DNA from: Pseudomonadota bacterium
Lineage (GTDB): Bacteria; Pseudomonadota; Gammaproteobacteria; Chromatiales; Chromatiaceae
Assembly (NCBI GenBank): GCA_052035915.1
Contig: JBPOHE010000007.1
Location: forward strand, 1 to 60,613
Reading direction: 5' to 3'
DNA: 60,613 nt
This document shows, in pieces, positions 9,605-17,932 of this stretch. Every line of letters starts with the position of its first letter. Positions within the stretch are counted from its first letter, which is position 1. A program made the translations under genes and the position numbers. The notes beneath the pieces were generated by a model. It saw only the letters and a program-made list of their open reading frames with translations, had not been told where the DNA came from and did no database searches.

Positions 9605-9754
9605 TACCATTTCTTGATAGGTATTATCGATATTCGTAGGCTGGTGTTGAGGCGCGAAGCGCTGAAACCCAGCTTCTGAGTAGCTGGGATTCGCTTCGCT
9701 CATCGCCAGCCTACCCCATGACTTTCAGGCGGATAAACTAATAGGAAATGGTAT
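9604..9754. mobile_element. MITE-A copy 1 (151 bp, TIR ATACCATTTC/GAAATGGTAT), left boundary of low-GC islet
   Basis: Near-identical to 14639-14792. It has perfect 10-bp terminal inverted repeats and an internal long palindrome (GCGAAGCGCTGAAACCCAGC...), with a 5-6 bp deletion relative to copy 2. Confidence 0.65.
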
Positions 9755-9970
9755 GAGATCCTCTTCCGATCCCTGATCAACACTGGACACCAGCACGCGA
9801 CCGGGGGTGAAGGGGAAGCTGATAACAATGTTTATGTACTAATGATATTTTGTTGAATATTTTTATGTAGCAATGCTTCTACCGCCCATGCCCGGGGCCT
9901 TTTGGGTCGATAAGCGGGTTGTCGTCGCCGGCTCGTCCTTCTCGGACTCTATCCAGCATGAGAGAACACC

Positions 9971-10372
9971 ATGAGCATCGAAGAGGAACATCAAGACGTC
10001 CTGCAGAATATCGAGTTCGTCGTCACCCAGATCTATAGACGCCATCCAACATTGACCGACTACGGCGTTCTGCGCGCCTACGAGGCCCTGGTTCAAACCT
10101 ATACCGCGGAACTCTCGGGACGTCCGCCGAAGCCGTTGATGTTACAAGGAGGGCCTGAAGGGGTGATGCTGGAGAACCTCAGAATCATCTGTGAATGGCG
10201 TCTGGGTCGGATCAACAGGCCAAACGCCGCGGGCCGGGGAGAACAGTCAGAGCCCATTGATATTCCGACCCTGATTCAATGCCTGAAAAGGCTCATCAAG
10301 TCCGTCAACAAGTGGAACAAAAGCGGCGGCCAACAAGGGTACCTGCACTTCATGACGCAATTTATCCATTGA
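9971..10372 (+). CDS. Hypothetical protein (islet cargo)
   Basis: A 133-aa ORF preceded by an AT-rich promoter-like stretch. No recognisable motif. Confidence 0.4.
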   Translation: MSIEEEHQDVLQNIEFVVTQIYRRHPTLTDYGVLRAYEALVQTYTAELSGRPPKPLMLQGGPEGVMLENLRIICEWRLGRINRPNAAGRGEQSEPIDIPTLIQCLKRLIKSVNKWNKSGGQQGYLHFMTQFIH

Positions 10373-10687
10373 GGGCTCGGACGACAGGCCGATCGGCCTG
10401 TGGTGGGTTGGCTTCGCTTATCAGCCTCACCAAGAGACGGCTGCCTCAGCCCTCTATACGCTGGTTCCCAAGCTCCAGCTTGGGAACCACTGCGTGGCAA
10501 GCTCTTGCTTACCGACCTTCGACATTCCCAAGGAGGACCTTGGGAACGAGCGGACCTCCTGTCATCACTGCTTGACTGTGAACAACTCCTCTTCAGGGTT
10601 CACGATGTTTGCATGTGCGATTGCCCTGTTGATGGTGGCGATTAAACATGCGTGCGATTAGGCTACGCCAATCGCACCTACGGCCCT

Positions 10688-10972
10688 TTAATACACCTCG
10701 TCGTGGGTGCCAATATCATGCAAAATGATGACTTCACATCCTGTTTTCTCATCGATTTCAATGGAGAAAACAATGCGGCAATCATAGCCACGGGAGCAGG
10801 CCCACAATCCCAGCAGAGCACCGCTAAGTTTATGCGTTCACGGGGCAGGCGCAAATACATCCGCCTGCATTCGCCGAAGCACCTCATCAATATAATCTTG
10901 CAACTTGGGAGTCTGTTTTCCAAATTTCCGATAGGCTCGCCGAAATCTTGGCGTGATAACCAACAGCCTCAT
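10688..10972 (-). pseudogene. RelE/ParE-family toxin interrupted by an in-frame TGA at codon 45
   Basis: The minus-strand translation reads MRLLVITPRFRRAYRKFGKQTPKLQDYIDEVLRRMQADVFAPAP*THKLSGALLGLWACSRGYDCRIVFSIEIDEKTGCEVIILHDIGTHDEVY. The C-terminal half (HKLSG...IGTHDEVY) is the conserved RelE/YafQ-type core. The ATG overlaps the antitoxin stop (ATGA). It is not in the ORF track because of the stop. Confidence 0.6.
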
Positions 10973-11199
10973 TCATCATCCTCAAGCGTCCGATGCAACT
11001 CGGCAATGGCCTCTTCTGCAGATTGCGCCTTGAATTGGCCATCGCGGAAAGCCGCTATTGACTTATTAGCATCGACCATGATTTCCTGCCGCCGGGTTTC
11101 AATCCGGCGCTTGCTTAGAATGTCGATCAGCATTTCTTGCTGATCTGGCGGAAGTTGCAAAACGGTATTAATGGCTTGATCCAAGGTTATGGCATTCAT
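10969..11199 (-). CDS. Addiction-module antitoxin (TIGR02574-like)
   Basis: MNAITLDQAINTVLQLPPDQQEMLIDILSKRR... contains the LxLPxxxRxxL hallmark of this antitoxin family. It sits directly upstream of the RelE-like pseudogene. Confidence 0.55.
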   Translation of the reverse strand: MNAITLDQAINTVLQLPPDQQEMLIDILSKRRIETRRQEIMVDANKSIAAFRDGQFKAQSAEEAIAELHRTLEDDE

Positions 11200-11392
11200 C
11201 GTTTCCACAATCTCCTTGCTTTCATTACAGCCGTAGAAGGTACGCGATGCGTACCCTACGAGGCTCTCCTGCGTCACGCATGCGTTCGGGTGGGATCATG
11301 AGTTCTAACGCCTGCCTCAGCCGCGAGCGTAGCGAGTCGTCTGGAGGCGCATGTTAGGAAATTACGTGTATTCTCTGGTTGCATTCAGCGTC

Positions 11393-11441
11393 GTTGGATG
11401 TTGGGTTGGCGATACGGCCGCCAACCCAACCTATGGTGCTG
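11393..11441. repeat. REP-like palindrome GTTGGGTTG-N-CAACCCAAC
   Basis: GTTGGGTTGGCGATACGGCCGCCAACCCAAC. The same palindrome type recurs at 59335-59430. Confidence 0.4.
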
Positions 11442-11477
11442 GGTCCGAGTGAAAGCGCAGGTTAGCTTTCAAATTCA

Positions 11478-11729
11478 TCAGTAGATTTCTCGACGATGGC
11501 CTATTGCAATAACGATCACAACTAACTGTTCGTCGTGGATTTCGTAGATGACTCTGAAATCGCCAATTCGGATTCGCCACGCATCTCTACCTGTGAGTTT
11601 CTTGCTGCCGACTGGTCTTGGATTGTGGGAAAGCGCTTTTACCTGATCAGCAATCTCTGCTCGACGGACTTTATCAATTTTTGCAAGGGACTTCTGCGCG
11701 CTTCGAGTGATTGAGATCGATTAGCTCAT
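11478..11729 (-). pseudogene. RelE-family toxin with nonsense mutation at codon 3 (ATG AGC TAA)
   Basis: The minus-strand reads MS*SISITRSAQKSLAKIDKVRRAEIADQVKALSHNPRPVGSKKLTGRDAWRIRIGDFRVIYEIHDEQLVVIVIAIGHRREIY. The downstream 80 aa are a full-length RelE core (compare E. coli RelE ...YRLVYQVIDEKVVVFVISVGKRERSEVY). The ATG overlaps the antitoxin stop. Codon 3 is an aromatic residue in homologs (TAY to TAA). Confidence 0.65.
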
Positions 11730-11932
11730 GAGCTGACATCAGTATCTATCTCGTTCAGTGCCTGATCAAAAGGGATTATCTCGTCGCTAGTGAGTTTAGC
11801 TTCGTCGTAAGCCTTTATGTCTTCGAGTTCCTCTATGGCGCTGAGGATTTCCCGCCATTCATTAATGGGTAAGACTACGGACTTAGGAGTCTGATTAGAG
11901 TCGACAATGTATTCTGGATGAAGAATGTTCAT
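11726..11932 (-). CDS. Phd/YefM-family antitoxin
   Basis: VVLPINEWREILSAIEELEDIKAYDEAK is a typical Phd/YefM/RelB-like antitoxin of 68 aa. The stop overlaps the RelE pseudogene start. Confidence 0.7.
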   Translation of the reverse strand: MNILHPEYIVDSNQTPKSVVLPINEWREILSAIEELEDIKAYDEAKLTSDEIIPFDQALNEIDTDVSS

Positions 11933-12040
11933 GGTGTGTACCTATTGTAACCACGCTTCGGATTTCGACTAGTTTAGTAGGTCGAAAAAACACAGTGTTG
12001 CCCGACATTTTATAGAAGATGTCGGGCACAGGTGCCCGAC

Positions 12041-13159
12041 CTACCGGGCTGTCTTCACTCTATGTTTTTCGTAGGCTTCCATTTTGTATCTTTCTAAAGA
12101 CTCAATAACCAGTTTACTGACTGTGCTTCTGGTTAATCCTTCTTCATTTGCTTCTAATCTGAGCATCGAAAGATTAAGCGTCAACTCGCCCCCCGCAGAC
12201 TCATCCTTATCAGAAAACTCAAATAGTATTCTGCATGTTCCAGAGCAATTATCGCCTTCAAACTCATAATCACATTGAAGCCCGAACAATCGGATATACG
12301 GATGAATGGATTTATCACTGACGAAAAATGTCGAGTGAAGCCCCTGTCCCTTCATCTTCATGTCTTCGATCTTATCCTTCATCCACGCAATATTCTGCGG
12401 CGGGTTAGCAACGCTGTGATCTGGTGAAAAATGAATGTCCCTGGTGTCAACAAAGCGCAGCATTGAGTGACTTACGTTTTGGGTGAGATCATTCATAAAT
12501 TGTACGCGTGATTCATTCGTGAAGTCTGAATACCTGATTATTGTTACGCCGACACTTTGTTTGATGTGCCCTTCGCTTTTGAAGTGCTTTATCAAAGCAC
12601 TTGAGACTTTGTTTCCGAAGTCGATTGTTTCTGGTGCGGTATGGCTTAGCGAAATGTTTAAGGACTTACCATCGTTGCTTTTCCGTATTTCAACACGGCC
12701 CCCATGTGTGACTGTGTTTTCTCCCCAGTTCTTAACTGGATCACGTCTATCAATCTCGAAATCCATGTAGATGTGATCTGGATTATCATTTGATGCAGTA
12801 AAATTTGACATACTTGAAAGACTGAATACACCAAACTGGTCATTCAGAAGAGTCTCGTAGTCAGCCATATCTGGCAAAGACTCAAGCAAGTTGGATTCAG
12901 AATCCCAGCTAATAGTGCGAGTTTTAGATTTTGGCGATTCCTCTTTTGTCCTATAGCTCTCGCGCAAGTCCACGTACTCAAAGGGAGACAGCCCGGTCTT
13001 GATGAGAATGGGGCCTAGAACTTCCTTCTGATCTGACCCTGTAAATACCCCTCTTGCGCGCAAAACGTTTTTTAATTCGGCGTTCTTAACCTTTGTCTGG
13101 CCAATTAGCTGGCGCAAAAAATCCCTAGTAGGAAGCAAGACCTCTTCGTTGTTATTCAT
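12041..13159 (-). CDS. Hypothetical protein B of islet two-gene operon (372 aa, no recognisable domain)
   Basis: About 42-45% GC against a roughly 63% background. It overlaps the upstream gene by 8 nt (translational coupling). No Walker, HEPN, TIR or SIR2 motifs were seen. Confidence 0.6.
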   Translation of the reverse strand: MNNNEEVLLPTRDFLRQLIGQTKVKNAELKNVLRARGVFTGSDQKEVLGPILIKTGLSPFEYVDLRESYRTKEESPKSKTRTISWDSESNLLESLPDMADYETLLNDQFGVFSLSSMSNFTASNDNPDHIYMDFEIDRRDPVKNWGENTVTHGGRVEIRKSNDGKSLNISLSHTAPETIDFGNKVSSALIKHFKSEGHIKQSVGVTIIRYSDFTNESRVQFMNDLTQNVSHSMLRFVDTRDIHFSPDHSVANPPQNIAWMKDKIEDMKMKGQGLHSTFFVSDKSIHPYIRLFGLQCDYEFEGDNCSGTCRILFEFSDKDESAGGELTLNLSMLRLEANEEGLTRSTVSKLVIESLERYKMEAYEKHRVKTAR

Positions 13160-14102
13160 TATTCAAGCTCCTGTAGTCTGGCCGAAAGCTAGCTACTTTT
13201 ATCCGGGTAAAGATATCGCTCTCAAAACCTGTGGCAGCCCTCTTGACTGCATCACCATGACTAGACTCAACATAATTAGGAAATAGAAACAGCAACGTGC
13301 AACTCATGTCTTGAGTGTATTCTTTGGCTGCTTGGATTAGCCTGCGCAGAGAGTCTTGCGCAAAACCTTCTATGGTAGACAGACAGAAAATATCCTGATC
13401 ATGCCGGGACTGTGCCTTAATGATTAGCGGAATCAAAGGTGAGGTCAGAAATTCAAGCGGACATACCTTTCCATATCTCGATATGGTTTTGTCAACATAA
13501 CTTAGTGAAGTCTCAGGATAATAAAAGTGCAGGCGATCGGAGTCGTACTCATGTCTCAAATACTGCACGGTGTCGAATATAAAGTTTATTCTCTGATTAT
13601 CAACCACATGAAACGACTCAAAGCTCCAATCGGAATCAAGTTGTGAGTTTGCAATTTTTGATACGACATCATCATATGTTTCTTCGTTACTCGATAGCCA
13701 GAACAATACCCCGGAATCCCTACTTTTCGTTGTTCGCCCCAACAATTCCTGCTGTTGCTTTTTTAACTCTGAATGTTTGTAACACTCCAAGGTTTCGACT
13801 AAGTCCTTGGCGTGCGATTTGAAAGTCGACTTTGGATTGTTTTCGTACGGGTTTTGTGAATGCTTAACAGATATTACCGCGCTTTCGGCAGTCGAGCCTT
13901 CAAGTGGGCTTCTATAGCAGTACAAATAGTCAATTCCATGTGTTTCTCTTTTTCCAGTCTTTGACCCTTCACTGGCATGTTTGCTTGGCTTTCTACATGG
14001 CAGTTCTTGCCCAGATAAAACGCCTTCCCACCCCAATAAATGGAAGAAATTGCCAACGATATTCTCGCCAATTTCTCCAATTTTTTTAGATTTTTCACCC
14101 AT
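13152..14102 (-). CDS. Hypothetical protein A with N-terminal PD-(D/E)xK (Mrr/Hjc-like) nuclease signature, 316 aa
   Basis: The N-terminal approx. 85 aa read IGEIGENIVGNFFHLLGWEG...THGIDYLY...ESAVISVKH. This fits the E...D...(E/S)xK pattern of restriction-endonuclease-like folds. The remaining approx. 230 aa are unassigned. It is the first gene of the operon, with an AT-rich promoter region upstream (14103-14220). Confidence 0.55.
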   Translation of the reverse strand: MGEKSKKIGEIGENIVGNFFHLLGWEGVLSGQELPCRKPSKHASEGSKTGKRETHGIDYLYCYRSPLEGSTAESAVISVKHSQNPYENNPKSTFKSHAKDLVETLECYKHSELKKQQQELLGRTTKSRDSGVLFWLSSNEETYDDVVSKIANSQLDSDWSFESFHVVDNQRINFIFDTVQYLRHEYDSDRLHFYYPETSLSYVDKTISRYGKVCPLEFLTSPLIPLIIKAQSRHDQDIFCLSTIEGFAQDSLRRLIQAAKEYTQDMSCTLLFLFPNYVESSHGDAVKRAATGFESDIFTRIKVASFRPDYRSLNNE

Positions 14103-14503
14103 TGCAAGTTCCTTTCACCAATCTGCGGGTTGGATTTTTATGCATAACATGTAATCGACGACATCGTCTTCCTACCAAAAGTATCTAAATCTAGATACCA
14201 ACCCTTACCCCAATGGTCCTCCATCAGCTCCCACCCTGGATCCCAACCCCGGGGCTACGGCATTTTCGTAGCCTGACTTCCACAACCGCGGATGAGGTCG
14301 CCATATCCATCCAGCCTGATTGACCTCGTTGCGCCGATCGATCTCCCAATATTCCACCCGAGCTGTACGCCACGCAGGCCGGGCACTTTATGGGATGCCC
14401 GACATTTTCCATTGAATCCCTGGACAAGGCCAGGCTTTGGCCCAACCTTCTACATCACTCCCTAACAGCTGAGATAACCTTGAAGAGTCAGGTTTTGGCG
14501 TTC

Positions 14504-14622
14504 CCGGGCATGGGCGGTTTAGCCCGATTTTTCCTTCTCCTAGAGAGAACAATGCCCCATCATGAATGGGCATATGTTCTCTTTAGAAGAACGAAGAATG
14601 GCCGTTTGGGGCCCATGCCCGG
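14504..14622. mobile_element. MITE-C family copy (C7)
   Basis: TIRs CCGGGCATGGGCGG.../...GGCCCATGCCCGG flank an AT-rich core GAGAACAAT-N20-ATGTTCTC-N6-AGAAC. Confidence 0.5.
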
Positions 14623-14638
14623 AACCTGGAAGGGCCTC

Positions 14639-14792
14639 ATACCATTTCTCGATAGGTATTATCGATATTCGTAGGCTGGTGTTGAGGCGCGAAGCGCTGA
14701 AACCCAGCTTCTCAGTAGCTGGGTTTCAGCGCTTCGCTCATCGCCAGCCTACCCCATGGCTTTCAGGCGGATAAACTAATAGGAAATGGTAT
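14639..14792. mobile_element. MITE-A copy 2 (154 bp), right boundary of low-GC islet
   Basis: A direct repeat of 9604-9754 with intact TIRs and a perfect internal 21-bp-arm palindrome. Confidence 0.65.
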
Positions 14793-14861
14793 CAGCGACT
14801 AGCTCGGCCATCCTTTGCCGAGGTTCCCTGAAACACCCGAGCCCTTCCCCGCGACCAAGGC

Positions 14862-16409
14862 TCAAGGATTCACCGCCAAGGGCGCCTCGAAGTGTTGGGT
14901 GGTGAAGACCTCGAAGGCGGCGCCTTCCTTCCAGGCGTCCTCCGGCAGACCAGCCTTGCGCGCCAGATGAGAGAGGGTTTGTTCCCGATTCCAACCCTGT
15001 TCCCGGGCCACTTCGGGGAGAAAAACCGCGCTCCGACCTTCCTTGTGCAGGATGATGCCGTGCACACCGGGCTGGAAGTCCTCGACTGAGGGGATGGACT
15101 GGGGCGGGCTGAGCACGCTGACGGTTAGTTCCAGCTCTTTCAATTCCTCCGGCTGCACCGGCGGGAAGCGGTAATCCTGCTGAGCGGCGTTGAGGCCGTT
15201 GAGGATCACTGCCCGATACAGGGGCTCCTTGGGCAGGATGTAGCCGATGCAACCGCGCAGCTCGCCATGTTTCTTCAGGGTGACGAAGGCCCCCGAGGGT
15301 TGACGACCGGCCTCCGGCATCTCGGCCAGGAGTCTTTCATAGTCCGCTGCGATGCCGCTTTGGGGTAGCACGGCATCGATGACCGCGATCCGGGCCAATC
15401 GATGCAGCCAGGGCAGCAGTTCCGGAGTCGGGGCCGTCTCGGCGCGCTTGGGCGCGGCGGCCTTGGACAGAGGGGCCGGATCATAGACGCCGATGCTGAG
15501 GTAACTGACCGAATGGTCCCATTGCTGGGTCAAGGCGCCGCTGGTGTCGTATTGGATCAGCTCGACCTTGGAGCCGGGATTGAGCAGATGGACCAGGATC
15601 AGCAAAGGGGAGAGACCGCAGGCGGTAATGCCGGTACGCCTATGGTATTCCGCCAGGCCTGGGGCATCCTGTTTGGTGATAAATTCAAAGGCCCCCAGAT
15701 CGAGGTTCCGCAGGCGCTCGGGCAATTGCTGATCCGGCGGGAAAGGCAGATAGTCGTATCTGGGACCGTAGTGGGTGAAGTCGCCGGAGATCAGCAACAG
15801 GCTGGTGTCGTCCAACAAAGGGCGCAGCAACTCGGCGGCAGCGGCATAGTCCTGTTCCTCCATGACACCGACGAGTACGGGCAGGAGTTGCCAGCCCGGG
15901 GCCAGACTGCGTTGCAGGAAGGGAAGCTGGATCTCCAGGCTATGTTCGCCCAGGCGGATCGCCTCGTCTCCATGCACCAGGGGTGATGCCCGCAAGGTGG
16001 CGATCGCCGCCGTATCCAGGGGGATGCTGCCCAGAGGAGTGGCATAGTGACTGGCTTCTGGTATCGCCAGACCACGAAAGCCACCGCCATGGGCCGGTCC
16101 AACGGCGATCACCCGTTTCAGTGCCCGCCCCTGGAGCTGGATATACCCCTTGGCCGCGGTGGCGCCTGAATATTGATACCCGGCATGGGGACTCACCAAT
16201 GCCCGCAGCTCGGTGGGCGGCGGGCTGGGGGCCGGTCCGGCCTGCTTGAGCAACTGGTCGATAATCTCCTGGAGTTGGGCCGGCTCCTGCGGATACCAGT
16301 AGCCGGCGATGGCCGAGGGCCGGATGGAGTCGGCGTAGACCGTACCCAGTCCCCAGAACAACCCCAGACAGAGTCCCAGAAAACCCCAGCGCATTGGATC
16401 TCGCCTCAT
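14862..16409 (-). CDS. Fused AmmeMemoRadiSam system proteins B (MEMO1-like) and A (AMMECR1 domain), secreted/periplasmic
   Basis: Signal peptide present. AGYWYP...LVSPHAGYQYSG...VIAVGPAH is the MEMO part. The C-terminal LKKHGELRGCIGYILP is the AMMECR1 hallmark. The start was trimmed to the ATG after the SD GGGGAGGGGGAG. The upstream part of the ORF is GC-rich read-through. Confidence 0.8.
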   Translation of the reverse strand: MRRDPMRWGFLGLCLGLFWGLGTVYADSIRPSAIAGYWYPQEPAQLQEIIDQLLKQAGPAPSPPPTELRALVSPHAGYQYSGATAAKGYIQLQGRALKRVIAVGPAHGGGFRGLAIPEASHYATPLGSIPLDTAAIATLRASPLVHGDEAIRLGEHSLEIQLPFLQRSLAPGWQLLPVLVGVMEEQDYAAAAELLRPLLDDTSLLLISGDFTHYGPRYDYLPFPPDQQLPERLRNLDLGAFEFITKQDAPGLAEYHRRTGITACGLSPLLILVHLLNPGSKVELIQYDTSGALTQQWDHSVSYLSIGVYDPAPLSKAAAPKRAETAPTPELLPWLHRLARIAVIDAVLPQSGIAADYERLLAEMPEAGRQPSGAFVTLKKHGELRGCIGYILPKEPLYRAVILNGLNAAQQDYRFPPVQPEELKELELTVSVLSPPQSIPSVEDFQPGVHGIILHKEGRSAVFLPEVAREQGWNREQTLSHLARKAGLPEDAWKEGAAFEVFTTQHFEAPLAVNP

Positions 16410-16657
16410 CTCCCCCTCCCCTTTTGGTTCAAGATTCATCCTCCGGCAGCGCCCGATAATAGGCCGCCTCCGGATACCCGTAGGGTGCGCAAAGCGCACC
16501 AGAATGGTGGGCGATGCTTCGACTTCGCTCAGCACAGGTGCCCACCCTAGCGTTCCCGGGCACCACAGGCACAGCGGCGCCCAGCACCACCCCGGCACAC
16601 AGCCACAAGAAATACCGTCGATCCGCCTCCCATTCATCTGTGTTCATACTCTCCTCC

Positions 16658-17638
16658 TCAGTGCCAGACCCCGGCGATGGGCTGTTGACAACTCGGGCAG
16701 CGACCATCGGCGGTCAGATGATTGGCGATGACCCGCATGCCGCTGCGTTGGACCAACAGGGTGCCGTCCCTTGGGCAGAAGGTGGATTCCGCTTCGTGCC
16801 CGAAAAGATTGCCGATATAGACATGATGCAGTCCCGCGTCCCGCGCCTCCTCCCGCGCCCGCACCAGGCTGGTCTCCGGCGTCGGCGGCAGGCTGCGCAT
16901 GCGGTACATGGGCACGAAGCGCAGGAAATGCAGCGGCGTATCCGCCCCCAGTTCGTCCCGCATCCAGCGCGCCAGGCGCCGCACCAGGGCCATATCGTCG
17001 TTGAGACTGGGGATCATGAGATTGGAGACTTCGAGCCAGACCTTTTCCTCACGAAAGATCACCATGGCGTCCAGCACCGGCTTGAGGCTGCCGCTGCACA
17101 CCCGGCGGTAGAAGCCGTCGTCGAAGGCCTTGATGTCCAGGGTGGTGGCGTCGAGCCAGCGGCAGAGTTCGCGCAGGGGTTTGGGGTTGATGTAGCCGGC
17201 GGTGACGAAAACATTGTTCAGCCCCTTGGCCTTCGCCAGCTCGGCGCTATCCCGCACATATTCGTAGAAGACGATGGGATCGTTGTAGGTATAGGCCAGC
17301 CCCTGGCAATGACGATCCAGCGCCTCTTGCACCAGACCGGCGGGCGGCAGGGAGTAGATCTGTTCCATCTCCTCGCCGCCGCGCTGGGAGAGTTGCCAGT
17401 TCTGGCAATTGAGGCAATGCAGGTTGCAGCCGGCGGTGCCGATGGAAAACACCGAGGTGGTCGGGCGGAAATGATAGAAGGGTTTCTTTTCGATGGGGTC
17501 GATGTGGACCGCCGAGGGGCGTCCATAGGTGGTCGCCCGCAGTTTCCCCTCGATATTGACCCGCACCCGGCAGTCCCCCGCCGCCCCTTCGGGGATGACG
17601 CAGAGACGGGGACAGAGTTCGCACTGGACCTTGGACAC
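16658..17638 (-). CDS. AmmeMemoRadiSam system radical SAM enzyme
   Basis: GTAGCNLHCLNCQNWQLS gives the CxxxCxxC cluster typical of this family. Length 326 aa. Confidence 0.85.
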   Translation of the reverse strand: MSKVQCELCPRLCVIPEGAAGDCRVRVNIEGKLRATTYGRPSAVHIDPIEKKPFYHFRPTTSVFSIGTAGCNLHCLNCQNWQLSQRGGEEMEQIYSLPPAGLVQEALDRHCQGLAYTYNDPIVFYEYVRDSAELAKAKGLNNVFVTAGYINPKPLRELCRWLDATTLDIKAFDDGFYRRVCSGSLKPVLDAMVIFREEKVWLEVSNLMIPSLNDDMALVRRLARWMRDELGADTPLHFLRFVPMYRMRSLPPTPETSLVRAREEARDAGLHHVYIGNLFGHEAESTFCPRDGTLLVQRSGMRVIANHLTADGRCPSCQQPIAGVWH

Positions 17639-17689
17639 GCTGTTCGAGACCTGGGAATCAGGGAGCCGTGTTTAATTTTAGACCGTTGA

Positions 17690-17932
17690 TCAGCGCGGCC
17701 GTTCGCGCCCCGCTTCCACCGGCTTGGACCAGAGCGCCTCACGCATCTGTAACTCCCCCGATTGCAGCCGCCGCGCCAGGGCCTCGGTATCGATGCGGCG
17801 CCAGCCGCCCACCGGGGCCATCTCTTCCTGACCGCTGGCGAGAAACAGCCCAATGGCGATCAGGTTGGCGAGAACGAAGCCGAGAAACCTGAATTCGCGC
17901 GGGCGGAGATGGCGCCAGAGAAGAGCTTTCAT
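17690..17932 (-). CDS. Small single-TM protein, translationally coupled to upstream giant gene
   Basis: An 80-aa ORF whose start overlaps the stop of 17929-21621 by 4 nt. It has a hydrophobic segment FLGFVLANLIAIGLFLA. Confidence 0.35.
   Translation of the reverse strand: MKALLWRHLRPREFRFLGFVLANLIAIGLFLASGQEEMAPVGGWRRIDTEALARRLQSGELQMREALWSKPVEAGRERPR

Noticed and set aside
10835-10840. In-frame TGA in RelE-like toxin as selenocysteine or programmed readthrough
   Set aside because: There is no SECIS-like hairpin downstream and no selenoprotein context. The parallel TAA at codon 3 of the neighbouring toxin points to simple inactivation.
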